Source of the DNA: Candidatus Dadabacteria bacterium
GTDB lineage: Bacteria; Desulfobacterota_D; UBA1144; Nemesobacterales; Nemesobacteraceae
DNA: 55,132 nt
Assembly: GCA_007571325.1 (NCBI GenBank)
Contig: RKRQ01000015.1
Location: 1-55,132 of the forward strand
Reading direction: 5' to 3'
Shown here: piece after piece, positions 39,470 through 49,563 of the stretch
How positions within the stretch are numbered: position 1 is the stretch's first letter
Layout: the number at the start of each line of letters is the position of its first letter
Position numbers and translations under genes: made by a program
The notes under the pieces: model-generated
Seen by the model: only the letters and a program-made list of their open reading frames with translations
Database searches by the model: none
What the model was told of the DNA's origin: nothing

Positions 39470-39771
39470 ATCTCTCCCCAATTAACAGGCTGTTAAAAAA
39501 GACTGTGAAAGAGTTTGCGATTTTCTGTTGATACGTAAGAACAAGCAAAAAGCGTGTAAGTATCTGTCGAAAAAATGAAGAATTACGAACATGCTTGAAC
39601 GGCAGAAAAAACCCCTCCCTAAAGCGGTTCCGCCAATTTCACAGTTTTCACAACGACTATGACTACTACTGAGTAAAGATAAATTAAATATAAAAACAGT
39701 AAGAACAGACGGTACTTCACAGTAAGCTTATTGCGGAAACCGCAAAAATGGTTATTCTGTCAAGATAGAAA
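39470..39771. other. probable oriC
   Basis: dnaA-dnaN gap; tandem boxes AATTTCACA/GTTTTCACA (39635-39652), trio repeats 39653-39670, AT-rich run 39674-39696; G/C balance appears to flip here. Confidence 0.8.
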
Positions 39772-40974
39772 ATGACTGAACCTACTATTCCTGCTATACA
39801 GTTCAAAATAAACGGTGGAGAATTCTCAAAGAAACTCGGCATGATACAAGGAGTCGTCGAGAAAAGGACGACCATGCCCATTCTCTCCCACGTTCTGATT
39901 TCATCTTCTGAGGAAGGACTTTCTCTCGAAGCTACGGACCTTGAAAATACGGTCGCTGTCCAATGTGACGCGAAAATAGAGGGAGAGTTTAAGCTGGCGG
40001 TTCCCGCCGGTATTCTGGCTGATCTTGCAAGAGAAACACGCGAGGAAGAAGAAATTTCAGTTGTCATTGGTGAGAACAACTGGGTTGAAGTTGTAACGAG
40101 TTCTGGTTCTTTTAAGATCGCTGGATTATCGGCCGATGATTTCCCAAGAATACCAGAGGTTTCTTCACAAGATCTTTTTTCGGTTTCTTCGGAAAGTCTT
40201 GAAGAAATGATATCCAAGACAGTTTTTTGCTCTACTGAATCCGAAAATGAAATGAGAAAAAGCCTCTCTGGGGTTTTCTTTGAGAAAAAAGGAGATCAGA
40301 CACTGAGACTTGTGGCTACGGATGGTCACAGGCTCAGTTTCTTTGATCAGAAAATAGAAGGTCTGAATCTTTCAAAAGATATTCTGGTTCCTAAAAAAGC
40401 AGTTCTGGAGATAAGGAAGCTTCTTCGTCTCTCCAAAGAAGTCCGGATCGGCGACAGCGGCAACTTTTTCGTTTTTGAACTCAAAGATGAGAATCTGATT
40501 TTCACCTCAAGAATAATTGATGCCGAGTTTCCCGACTACATGCAGGTGGTTCCCGTTTCAACGAGAAACACTGTTAAAGTCGATACGACCAGACTCCTGC
40601 TCGCGTTGCGCAGGGTTTCTCTTTTTTCTCCTGAGAACCCGAAGAGCGGAGGAAGGTTCGTAGAGATGACATTTAGTGAAGGAAGTTTTCTTCTCGGGGC
40701 CTGTCTCAGCACTGGCGAGGGGGAAGAAAACATATCAGTTGAGTATAACGGGGAAAAAACTAAATTTGGCTTTAATTTCACTTACTTTCATGAAGTTTTG
40801 GATGTTATAGGGTCTCTTGAGATTATAATAGGTTTTTCCGGCGACAAGAACCCGGTTGTGCTGGTTCCCTGTGAAGATGGCGACAGGCGGGAGGGCTATG
40901 TGAACGTTATAATGCCAATGGAATCTGATACTAAAGCCGATGCTAAAGGGGCGGAGGGGCAGGCAAGGGGATAG
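39772..40974 (+). CDS. dnaN: DNA polymerase III beta clamp
   Basis: TTMPILSHVL, ATDLE, DDFP, VATDGHRL, FPDY, VIMPM. Confidence 0.96.
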   Translation: MTEPTIPAIQFKINGGEFSKKLGMIQGVVEKRTTMPILSHVLISSSEEGLSLEATDLENTVAVQCDAKIEGEFKLAVPAGILADLARETREEEEISVVIGENNWVEVVTSSGSFKIAGLSADDFPRIPEVSSQDLFSVSSESLEEMISKTVFCSTESENEMRKSLSGVFFEKKGDQTLRLVATDGHRLSFFDQKIEGLNLSKDILVPKKAVLEIRKLLRLSKEVRIGDSGNFFVFELKDENLIFTSRIIDAEFPDYMQVVPVSTRNTVKVDTTRLLLALRRVSLFSPENPKSGGRFVEMTFSEGSFLLGACLSTGEGEENISVEYNGEKTKFGFNFTYFHEVLDVIGSLEIIIGFSGDKNPVVLVPCEDGDRREGYVNVIMPMESDTKADAKGAEGQARG

Positions 40975-40977
40975 AGC

Positions 40978-42453
40978 TTGTACCTTAAAATGCTGGGTGG
41001 ATTCATCGGAGTTGATTTTTCCGACGGAAGAGTCAAGACCGTAACTGTGACAAGGGGGCTTAAGGGGACTGAACTTCGCAAGGCCTCTTTTGAAGGGGAG
41101 CCGGGGAGTGCGGAGGTAAAAGCCTTTATTCAAGGTCAGATTTCCCTTGGAACCCGAGTGGTTGCCGGTATTAGTTCTTCACCGCTTCTCCTCAGGGTTC
41201 TTAAGTTTCCTTTTTCAGACTCCAAGAAGCTCAGGAGAGTTTACCGCTTTGAGCTTGAAAACTCGACCGGGTTTAGCTTGGGAGAGGATGTTCTTTCCGA
41301 CTACCATGAGGTTGGAAGCTCTGAAGGAGCGGAGATCATAGTTCCGGCCTTCGGGAAGGAAGCGTTTGAAAGCTACCTTGGTTTGCTACGTGGTTCCGGC
41401 GTGGAGCCGGATCAAGCAACCCTCTCCGCAGTCGCATTTTCTTCACTTGAGAGTTCCATTGAGGGGGAGAGGCCCCTTCTGCTTATAGACCTTGATCAGG
41501 AACATCTTAATTTTTCGCTTTTTGACGAGGGAGGACTTAGCAGGGTCAGGAATTGCGACGATGCGGTGGAGAGAATGAGGAATGCGCTTTCTTCAAATTC
41601 CTTGGATTTTCGCTTGATAAACGACCAGGAAGAGAGAAGAAGAGAGTTCTTTGAAAATTGCAGTATGATAGCGGAGGAAGTAAGGAATACGGCTCGCTAT
41701 TTTGAGAGCGAATCGGGGAAGGAGATAAAGAGCTTGGTTATCACCGGAGAAGTGTGCAAGGTCAACGGGATATCAGAAAGCCTCGGGGAGCATCTGGGCA
41801 GGGAAGTGAAAACTGTCTTCATACCCGAGTTGGGCGAAAAAGATTCTCCCGTTTTCGCGAAAGCCTACGCCTTGGCGCTCTATGGAAACTCTTCTGGACG
41901 GGGAGGGCTCAACCTGATAAGAAACCTATACAGGCCGAGCGGGATTGCAAAGGGGTTGCTCAGGGAATTCAGGCTCCCCGTTGCGCTATTTGCGGCTCTT
42001 TTTCTAGTGGTGGCTTTCGCCCGCGTGACAGAAGGTATCTACGCCAGAAGTGAAATAAATTCATTGCGCTCTGAGATGGAAAGAGACTTAAGAGAGGAGT
42101 TTCCCCAGGCCGTTGGAACTCAGGACCCGGTGGCTTTTTACAGGGAAGAACTCCAAGTTATAAACCGAAAGCTCAAATTGCTCAAGCAGGTAAAAGGAAC
42201 ACACAGCCCGCTTGAAGTGCTGCGGGCCGTTTCAGCCACCATTCCAAAGGGCGTAAGTTTTTCCATTGACGAGATAAGGATAGAAGACGGAGGAAAGACC
42301 AAAATACGGGGAAAAAGCAGTTCCTATGAGGAAATAGCGTCGATAGAAAAAGCGTTTTCTGAGTCCGGAAGCTTTTCCCAAGTGAAAGTGGGACAGGAAG
42401 GCAAAGCGGTTAACGACAGCCTAAAGTTCGAGATTTCCATGGTTGCCAACTAA
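40978..42453 (+). CDS. gspL: type II secretion protein L-like (PilM/PilN-like domains)
   Basis: N-terminal IGVDF actin-like domain, single TM, C-terminal PLEVLRAVS..IP domain. Confidence 0.7.
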   Translation: MYLKMLGGFIGVDFSDGRVKTVTVTRGLKGTELRKASFEGEPGSAEVKAFIQGQISLGTRVVAGISSSPLLLRVLKFPFSDSKKLRRVYRFELENSTGFSLGEDVLSDYHEVGSSEGAEIIVPAFGKEAFESYLGLLRGSGVEPDQATLSAVAFSSLESSIEGERPLLLIDLDQEHLNFSLFDEGGLSRVRNCDDAVERMRNALSSNSLDFRLINDQEERRREFFENCSMIAEEVRNTARYFESESGKEIKSLVITGEVCKVNGISESLGEHLGREVKTVFIPELGEKDSPVFAKAYALALYGNSSGRGGLNLIRNLYRPSGIAKGLLREFRLPVALFAALFLVVAFARVTEGIYARSEINSLRSEMERDLREEFPQAVGTQDPVAFYREELQVINRKLKLLKQVKGTHSPLEVLRAVSATIPKGVSFSIDEIRIEDGGKTKIRGKSSSYEEIASIEKAFSESGSFSQVKVGQEGKAVNDSLKFEISMVAN

Positions 42454-42465
42454 AAAAAGGAAGTT

Positions 42466-43077
42466 ATGCAGAGACTAAAACTCCTGATAGCGATCGCCGG
42501 GGAAAAATTTGATCCTTTGGCACAGAAGATAGGAAGCTTCGTCGGAAGAAGAGATTTATCCGCAAGAGACATCCGAGCTCTTAAACTCGGTGGCGTCGCT
42601 CTGGCCATCTTTTCCGTCTTTATAATTTACAAAGCGGTTTTTCCAAGCGATTCGGCCACCAGAATCGAGGTCAGCCAAGCAATAGGACAGTTAAACGAGA
42701 TAAGGGCCATAAAAGAGGAATATCGTTACTCAAGGGATATTCTCGCCGGGATGAGCGGACCAATGAATGAGGAGAAAGAGGCTCTGATCTCTGTGGCGGA
42801 GAAGGCGCTTTTGAGAAGCGGAATAGACAGCAGATCCTTCTCGATAAGAGGAATCAATCCGTCGGTTAGAGATAGGGTTATAGAGAGGGAGAGAGCCGTT
42901 CAGGTAAATATAAACAAGGTGCCGATTTCACTGGTGCTAAACGTTCTCTATGGATTCCAGAAAAGCAAAACCATACTCAAGGTCTCAGACCTGAAAATAA
43001 AAACCAGGTTTGACGATCCGAGTCTGACGGATGTTTCCTTCCGCCTGTCAACTTTTTCTTTTAGTAAATCGGGCTGA
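42466..43077 (+). CDS. gspM: type II secretion protein M-like
   Basis: LSARD before a single TM, then coiled-coil and small C-terminal domain; lies between gspL-like and gspN-like genes. Confidence 0.6.
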   Translation: MQRLKLLIAIAGEKFDPLAQKIGSFVGRRDLSARDIRALKLGGVALAIFSVFIIYKAVFPSDSATRIEVSQAIGQLNEIRAIKEEYRYSRDILAGMSGPMNEEKEALISVAEKALLRSGIDSRSFSIRGINPSVRDRVIERERAVQVNINKVPISLVLNVLYGFQKSKTILKVSDLKIKTRFDDPSLTDVSFRLSTFSFSKSG

Positions 43078-43094
43078 GAGGCGAATCGGCAAAA

Positions 43095-43994
43095 ATGAGG
43101 ATAAAAATACCGAAGAAAATTTCCACTCCCGTCTACGTTGGTCTTTTTTTTGTGTCTTTTCTCATATTCTTCTTGTTGGGTTTTCCGTGGGACTCGGTTG
43201 AAAGAAGGATAGTTTTTGAGATAAGAAGCAATTCTCCCGTTCCAGTTCTAATAGGCGATGCGGAACTTAAAGGTTTTTCCTCAATCGAGCTTAGAGATGT
43301 ACGGGTGGTTCTTGAGGATGGTAAGCAGCCCGTTGTGATTGACAGAGCCAAGATAAGCGCCGGTCTTTTCTCCTTTGTTTTTTCCAAAGACGTGAGGGTT
43401 TCGTTTTCTGTTGACGCATATGGAGGAAAGATAGAAGGGAAACTTTTGCAGAACAAGAAGAAAAACAGGATCGCGAGCGTCGAGTGGGATATAAATTCCG
43501 TTGAATCTTCCGCGGTTTCCGGTCTTTTTTTAACCGACGGGAGATTTTCTGTGGGCGGGAAGGTAGATGGGACCATAAAGCTTACGGGAGACAGGGAAAC
43601 CAAGGGATTTTCCAAGATGGAGTACCAGATATCCTCTCCTTCTCTTCTGATTTCCTTGGAGAAGGCGTGGGGATTGGATGTAAAGGAGGAGTATAAGAAC
43701 CTGAGCATGGTACTTCGTGGTACGGCGAACCGCTTTGAGTCGCGCATCGACAGGTTTTCCCTGGTAAATCAGCAGCTGTCTCTTGAGGCTAGCGGGAAAG
43801 CCCCATCTCCTCTTCGGTTCAGAAAAGGGGCTGACATGGATATTTCAGTTACTTTCAGGCCTTCTCCCGAGGAAACAAAGCTTGTTTTCATCGGCGGTCT
43901 TCTGGGCTTTTCTGGGGATGACGGCAGCTTCTCCGGGCAGCTTCGGGGCACGTTGTCAAAACCCAAGATACTAAACTCGGACGAGGGTGGCTGA
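43095..43994 (+). CDS. gspN: type II secretion protein N-like
   Basis: N-terminal TM with FPW, AYGGKIEG, C-terminal GTLSKP. Confidence 0.65.
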   Translation: MRIKIPKKISTPVYVGLFFVSFLIFFLLGFPWDSVERRIVFEIRSNSPVPVLIGDAELKGFSSIELRDVRVVLEDGKQPVVIDRAKISAGLFSFVFSKDVRVSFSVDAYGGKIEGKLLQNKKKNRIASVEWDINSVESSAVSGLFLTDGRFSVGGKVDGTIKLTGDRETKGFSKMEYQISSPSLLISLEKAWGLDVKEEYKNLSMVLRGTANRFESRIDRFSLVNQQLSLEASGKAPSPLRFRKGADMDISVTFRPSPEETKLVFIGGLLGFSGDDGSFSGQLRGTLSKPKILNSDEGG

Positions 43995-44112
43995 GAGTAC
44001 TTTTTCACTGCTTCTCGGAGCGTTCCTGAAGTCTTATCGGCCCCCGAAAGGTATTTGACTTTGCACCACCCCCTCGCTATCATTCTCAAAATATACTCCT
44101 TAAGATTCCATA

Positions 44113-45198
44113 ATGGCTCCCAACAAAGAACTTGCCGCCGTAAGAAGGGAAATAGACGCACTTGATTCCAGGTTGCTTGAACTTATAAACAGGCGCGCTG
44201 AGCTTGCCATAGAGGTAAGCGGGCTAAAGAAGAAGGGTTCTTTGGGAGTTTACGATCCTGGCAGGGAAAGGGAGATAGAGGGCAAGATAACGGAAAGCAA
44301 CTCCGGTCCTCTTTCCAATGAGGATATCCTTTTTGTTTTCAGGGGGATAATATCGCGTTGCAGATCTCTTCAGCACGACGAGAAAGTCGTCTATCTGGGA
44401 CCCGAGGGCAGTTTTTCAAACCAAGCGGCATTTCTGAAGTTCGGTTCTTCCTCAGAGTTTTTCCCCGTACCCAGCTTTGAAGATGTTTTTGAGCAGGTGC
44501 ACGGAGAGAGAGCCGATTTCGGCATAGTGCCAGTAGAGAATTCCGTTGAAGGTTCGGTGGGAGATGTGCTTGACATGCTGCTTAAGTGGGATCTCAGCGT
44601 TTCGGCGGAGTGTTTCGAACGCGTTGAGCATTCCCTGCTTTCCTTAAGTGGCGATATCAAGGAAGTAAAAACCGTGGCCTCCCATCCACAGGCTCTGGGG
44701 CAATGTAGAAAATGGATCGCCGCCAACCTCTATGGGGTGGCGCTTCTCGAAACCCCTAGCACTGCGGCGGCGGCGAAAATGGCCGCTAGAGAAAGAGAAG
44801 TGGCCGCGATCGCGAGTAAATTCTCGGGGTCAATATACAATTTAAGGACTATACAGAGCAACATAGAAGACAGCCCGCGTAACACGACCCGGTTTGTTGT
44901 AGTGGGAAGGGAAAAGCCGCCCCCAAGCGGAAAAGACAAGACTTCAATCGCCTTTTCCGTTAAGGATGAGCCCGGAGCGCTTCACAAAACATTTTTCCTC
45001 CCCTTTTCCGAAGCTGGCATAAACCTCACCAAGATTGAGTCTAGGCCCTCAAGCGACGGTCAGTGGGAATATGTGTTCTTCGCTGATTTTTCCGGACATT
45101 GCGAGGAGAAAGAGATAAAGGATACTCTTGAGAAGGTGAAGGCCAACTGTGTTTTTTTGAAAGTGCTGGGATCCTATCCAGCAGGAGTGCCGGGCTGA
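44113..45198 (+). CDS. pheA: chorismate mutase/prephenate dehydratase
   Basis: RREIDALD, YLGPEGSFS, VPVENS.EG, SHPQALGQC, NTTRF, IESRP; TTGACT-17-TATCAT promoter at 44055-44083. Confidence 0.96.
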   Translation: MAPNKELAAVRREIDALDSRLLELINRRAELAIEVSGLKKKGSLGVYDPGREREIEGKITESNSGPLSNEDILFVFRGIISRCRSLQHDEKVVYLGPEGSFSNQAAFLKFGSSSEFFPVPSFEDVFEQVHGERADFGIVPVENSVEGSVGDVLDMLLKWDLSVSAECFERVEHSLLSLSGDIKEVKTVASHPQALGQCRKWIAANLYGVALLETPSTAAAAKMAAREREVAAIASKFSGSIYNLRTIQSNIEDSPRNTTRFVVVGREKPPPSGKDKTSIAFSVKDEPGALHKTFFLPFSEAGINLTKIESRPSSDGQWEYVFFADFSGHCEEKEIKDTLEKVKANCVFLKVLGSYPAGVPG

Positions 45199-45222
45199 CG
45201 GCCGCTTTCTTGATAAACTTCC

Positions 45223-46308
45223 ATGGAACCCAGAGCGAGCGTAAAGAACCTTATTCCCTATGTTCCGGGAAAGCCGATCGAAGAGCTTGAACGAGAGCTG
45301 GGAATTGGGGACGTGGCCAAGATGGCCTCGAACGAAAACCCTATTGGCCCCTCTCCACTTGCTAAAAAGGCTCTTTTAGAGCACATGGCAAGGGTCAACC
45401 TCTATCCCGACGGAAGTTGTTTTGAACTAAGGAGAAAGCTTTCTGAAAAACTCGGGGTGCCGGAAGACACCATAATAATTGGCAATGGTTCAAACGAAGT
45501 TATAGAGATCGTAGCCAGGACTTTTCTTGAGCCCGGAGACGAGGCCATATACGGCCGACATGCGTTTATCGTTTACCCGATAGTGACTCAGTCTCTTGGA
45601 TGCTCACATGTCGTTTCCCGAATGCCGGGTCTCACGCACGATCTTGAAGATATGCTTTCTCTCGTCACGGACAAGACGAAAATCGTCTATATGGCGAATC
45701 CCAACAATCCCACTGGGACGATAGTAAGAAGGGATGAGTTCGAGTGGTTTTTGGAGAGGGTGCCTGAGAACGTGATAATTCTTGTGGACGAGGCCTATTT
45801 CGAGTACGTTGACGACCCGGAATATCCCGACACCTTGCGTTACCACTCGGTTCGCGAGTCGCTTGTCACGGTGAGAACTTTTTCCAAGATTTACGGACTT
45901 GCGGGACTCAGGGTGGGCTATGGAGTGGCGTCGAGCGATGCGGTTTCCTACATGAACAGGGTGCGGGAGCCTTTTAACGTGAATTCGGCGGCACAGATTG
46001 CGGCCTGCGCCGCTCTTGACGACGAGAACCATGTAGCCGAGTCAAAAAAGATTAATTGCGAGGGAAAGAAATATTTCCGCAGCAGGCTTGACGAGCTGGG
46101 GATTCGGTACACTGAGTCTCACGCGAATTTTTTTCTCATAGACATTGAAAAAGACCCGATGCCGGTTTACGATGCGCTTCTTCGCGATGGAGTGATAACC
46201 AGGCCCGTAGGTGGATACGGGTTAAAAACGCATCTAAGGGTAAGCATTGGTCTTGCTCAGGAGAATGAGAGATTTATAGAATCATTGAGGGGAATTATTA
46301 AGAGATGA
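45223..46308 (+). CDS. hisC: histidinol-phosphate aminotransferase
   Basis: ASNENP, GNGSNE, NPNNPTG, DEAY, RTFSKIYGLAGLRVGY. Confidence 0.95.
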   Translation: MEPRASVKNLIPYVPGKPIEELERELGIGDVAKMASNENPIGPSPLAKKALLEHMARVNLYPDGSCFELRRKLSEKLGVPEDTIIIGNGSNEVIEIVARTFLEPGDEAIYGRHAFIVYPIVTQSLGCSHVVSRMPGLTHDLEDMLSLVTDKTKIVYMANPNNPTGTIVRRDEFEWFLERVPENVIILVDEAYFEYVDDPEYPDTLRYHSVRESLVTVRTFSKIYGLAGLRVGYGVASSDAVSYMNRVREPFNVNSAAQIAACAALDDENHVAESKKINCEGKKYFRSRLDELGIRYTESHANFFLIDIEKDPMPVYDALLRDGVITRPVGGYGLKTHLRVSIGLAQENERFIESLRGIIKR

Positions 46309-47162
46309 CTTTTGAAAAGGTGTCGGTGGTAGGTCTCGGTCTGATAGGGGGCTCTTTGGCGGCCGCTCTTCGGGAGTCCGGAGAAGTAGGAGAAGTGTTC
46401 GGGGTCGAGAGGAACGAAGAATCTCTTCGCTTCGCCCTTGAGAGTGGAATCGCAGACGCGGGATCTTGTGAAATTGGCCCTGGAATATCTGGATCTGAAA
46501 TAATTGTATTAGCTACTTATGTTGACACTATGGCGCAGGTGGCCAGGGAAGTTTCCGGTTTTGTTTCCCCAGACACGATAGTTTGCGACACAGGTAGCGT
46601 CAAGGCTCCGATAGTCAGGGAAATGGAAAAGTCCTCTCTGAGTATCCGTTTTGTTGGGGCTCATCCCGTGGCGGGGAAGGAAACATCGGGAGTAAAGGAG
46701 TCTGACTCTGGTCTTTTTTCGGGAAAAAGATGTGTTGTTACGCCGGTTGAGAACACTTGTTCAGAAGCCCTCTCTGCGGTTAAAATGCTGTTTTCGCTTC
46801 TGGGGAGCGAGGTAGTCGAGATAGGTCCCGAAGCTCACGACGAGATTTTCTCACTCGTAAGTCATCTTCCTCATGCAGTTGCGTATTCGCTTGTAAATGT
46901 TGTTGCTTCTTCTGGGGAAGGAGAAAATATTTTTGATTTTTCGGGCGGAGGTCTAGCCGATTTTACCAGAATTGCCGGGAGTTCTCCTCAGATGTGGGCC
47001 GGGATTTTCATCGAGAACCGCGACGCTATGCTGAGTGCCATACGAAGTTTTTCGGGGAAGCTTGAGGAGATTGAAAAAGCCATTGACTCCGGTAACGTAG
47101 AATATTTGGAAACTCTTTTGAGCAAGGCTCGGGATTCTAAGAGGAATCTTGGGAAGAAATAA
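46305..47162 (+). CDS. tyrA: prephenate/arogenate dehydrogenase
   Basis: [31 protein letters not shown]. Confidence 0.93.
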   Translation: MTFEKVSVVGLGLIGGSLAAALRESGEVGEVFGVERNEESLRFALESGIADAGSCEIGPGISGSEIIVLATYVDTMAQVAREVSGFVSPDTIVCDTGSVKAPIVREMEKSSLSIRFVGAHPVAGKETSGVKESDSGLFSGKRCVVTPVENTCSEALSAVKMLFSLLGSEVVEIGPEAHDEIFSLVSHLPHAVAYSLVNVVASSGEGENIFDFSGGGLADFTRIAGSSPQMWAGIFIENRDAMLSAIRSFSGKLEEIEKAIDSGNVEYLETLLSKARDSKRNLGKK

Positions 47163-47166
47163 GAAA

Positions 47167-47577
47167 ATGTCTGAGAAAATAAAGAAATCGGATGCTCAAT
47201 GGAAAGAAGATCTTTCCCCCGAGCAGTTTCTGGTTACGAGAAAGAAAGGCACCGAGAGGGCTTTTTCCGGCAAGTATTGCTACCATGACGAAAAAGGCAT
47301 GTATGTATGCGTTTGCTGCGGACAAGAACTTTTCCGTTTTTCCGAGAAATTCGATTCCGGCACCGGATGGCCGAGCTTCTGGGAACCTGTTTCGAGGGAA
47401 AAAATAACGGAGAACCCCGATCACTCACACGGTATGGCTAGAACCGAGGTTCTGTGCTCAAAGTGTGACGCTCACCTGGGTCATGTTTTCCCTGACGGAC
47501 CTGAGCCTACAGGGCTCAGATACTGTATAAACTCTGTTTCTCTGGATTTTAAAAAGGAACAGGAAAACAACTCGTAA
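47167..47577 (+). CDS. msrB: methionine-R-sulfoxide reductase
   Basis: [33 protein letters not shown]. Confidence 0.97.
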   Translation: MSEKIKKSDAQWKEDLSPEQFLVTRKKGTERAFSGKYCYHDEKGMYVCVCCGQELFRFSEKFDSGTGWPSFWEPVSREKITENPDHSHGMARTEVLCSKCDAHLGHVFPDGPEPTGLRYCINSVSLDFKKEQENNS

Positions 47578-47578
47578 A

Positions 47579-47650
47579 TGGCGACGGGTGGGATCGAACC
47601 ACCGACACAGGCCTTATGAGAGCCCCGCTCTACCCCTGAGCTACGCCGCC
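47579..47650 (-). tRNA. tRNA-Met(CAT), elongator; CCA not encoded
   Basis: GGCGGCG/CGTCGCC acceptor stem, CTCATAA anticodon loop, GGTGG-TTCGATC-CCACC T arm; upstream TTGAAT-16-TATAAT promoter. Confidence 0.92.
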
Positions 47651-47949
47651 ACGAAAAAAGTGCTAGAAAATCAGCAAATTATACTGAAAGTCTGGGAGGA
47701 TTCAACACGCTTGTCTTGGAACTGTACTACGAGTCTGGACGTTTGGGTGACGCCGAGCGAATGCATCCGTCAGCCGGTGGAGAGGAAGCATCTGGGTCCG
47801 CGCTGCCCATTGCCATCTTTACCAAATTGCTGACAATTGCTGGATTATGGCTCTGCCGCGTACGGACTTTGGATTTGATTGATCTGTATATTTCCGAATT
47901 CCCGCTCGACCAAGTAGCAGGCAAAGCGGATTTTCGGGTTCTCTTTTAA

Positions 47950-48615
47950 TCAGCCGACGGCTGTTCCGCTTTTCTCCCTTATGAGTCCGAGTTCCAGGAG
48001 TTTTCTATAGGTCTTCGTGTGAGAGCCGTACAGGGAGAAAGTGTCTATATCCTCCGGCTCGTCGATATCTATGCTGATGTTGAAATTTCTGTAGATATCG
48101 CAGGGCACGTATCTTCTCTCGGCTTCTTCTCTGTGTTTTCTGAAACTGTCGTTACCGAACATTGAGGGTATGCTGTCAGGAGGCTTTCTCAGTATGGCGT
48201 TTGTGCCAAGTTCGTCTTCCGAAGGTACGAGAATTACGGACTTGCCCTTTTTTTCCTTTTCTAGGACAAAATCGATATCCTCGCCTGTTATAAGGGGAGC
48301 GTCGCCCGGTATTACAAGCACCGACTTTGCACCCATTTTCCTGCATACCTGGATTGCCAAGTCAACCGAAGAGCTCTCACCCAGCTGGCTTTCCTCCCTT
48401 ATGACGTCAAATCCTTTCTGAAGAGCCATTTTTTCCGCTTTCCTGTCAACTGTCACGATGAGCTTGTTGTCAGCAAGCTTTGAGTTTCTGACCGCGGAGA
48501 ACACATCTTCAAGCATCACATAGGCAAGCTCTGTCCTCTGTTTCTTGCTGAGCACAGAACCAAGTCTTTCGTTCGCTCTTGAAAGATCTTTTACCGGAAT
48601 CAATATGAACTTCAA
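47950..48615 (-). CDS. cofC: 2-phospho-L-lactate/PEP guanylyltransferase (F420 biosynthesis)
   Basis: IPVK....ANERL, MLEDV, PGDAP, GTNA, FG.DSF..H, DIDEPED. Confidence 0.9.
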   Translation of the reverse strand: MKFILIPVKDLSRANERLGSVLSKKQRTELAYVMLEDVFSAVRNSKLADNKLIVTVDRKAEKMALQKGFDVIREESQLGESSSVDLAIQVCRKMGAKSVLVIPGDAPLITGEDIDFVLEKEKKGKSVILVPSEDELGTNAILRKPPDSIPSMFGNDSFRKHREEAERRYVPCDIYRNFNISIDIDEPEDIDTFSLYGSHTKTYRKLLELGLIREKSGTAVG

Positions 48616-48715
48616 AACGTCTACCTCATAGTGGCGGGTTTCTGCCTTCGCACTATTCTATCAACAAAAAAGGAGACTTCCTATTTTTTATCTTAATCGG
48701 GTGCTAAATTTATAA

Positions 48716-48928
48716 GGAGATTTTATTTCCCAGAAGACAGCTGATAGTTCAGGATATTCTTGGTGGGTAATTGAATTCAGGGCTATTGGCCCAGTAGAAA
48801 GTGCAGAGAAAATAGATGTGGACAAATAGTACAAGAGGGTTCATGATGTCATTACTGGCTGTTTTGGAGATTTAACGAGTGAGGATGTACAACGTAAGAA
48901 CTGGATGATTGTAGAAGAAGGAAAATGA
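48716..48928 (+). pseudogene. 3' remnant of a gene (C-terminus reminiscent of TIGR04255-family proteins)
   Basis: frame ...WVIEFRAIG...DK*YKRVHDVITGCFGDLTSEDVQRKNW... with one internal TAG (48827); its TGA overlaps the next ATG (ATGA). Confidence 0.5.
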
Positions 48929-49563
48929 CTGTGGCTACAACGTTAAGTGACAGTCCACTCAAAACGGTGGATAGATTCACCGCGGACTCATCGTGGAATA
49001 TTCTCAAGTCTGATGTTGAATTTGGAGAAGCAATTGCAGAGCGTTGGGATAATTTTGTTCTGCAAAGACTGCGTAAATTCTTCTGGAATGAAGAACAATC
49101 GGATTATGGCGCAAGCATTCCGATCTGTTTTCCAGTACCTTTCTATCCAAAGGCCTCTGGTGCGGTTTACACCTTGGATGAGTACGAATGCGTTCGCGCA
49201 AACCGGAACAAGTTCCGTAGTTACATGAAGAGAATTGAAGAGTTATGTGGATATGCAATTGAAGACGGATTTCGCTTGGGCCTTTCTTCACTGATTGATT
49301 TTTCTCGTTTTGTGGTGCTGGAGCCAAAGATAAGAAGGGGCAGCCTAGTCCTTATAGATAACGGAAATCTTTTTGCTGAATGGCAGAACTGCGAGGGAGC
49401 GAAACTAGGTTTAGAGTTTCTTGGGGACGGAATGATTCAATATGTAATCTTCAAGAACAGGAAATCGGCTTTACAAACTTCGCGAATTTACGGACTTGAT
49501 ACATTTGAGGAGGTTAGACACCAGATTAAGACTTTTAACCTTGGTTCTTTGCTGTACGAATGA
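48925..49563 (+). CDS. hypothetical protein, intact middle gene of a three-gene module
   Basis: 212-aa ORF with ATGA overlaps at both ends. Confidence 0.75.
   Translation: MTVATTLSDSPLKTVDRFTADSSWNILKSDVEFGEAIAERWDNFVLQRLRKFFWNEEQSDYGASIPICFPVPFYPKASGAVYTLDEYECVRANRNKFRSYMKRIEELCGYAIEDGFRLGLSSLIDFSRFVVLEPKIRRGSLVLIDNGNLFAEWQNCEGAKLGLEFLGDGMIQYVIFKNRKSALQTSRIYGLDTFEEVRHQIKTFNLGSLLYE

Noticed and set aside
47579-47650. tRNA-Ile2 or initiator identity for the CAT tRNA
   Set aside because: G1-C72 is paired (not initiator), and G4-C69/G5-U68 do not match the C4-G69/C5-G68 TilS determinants.
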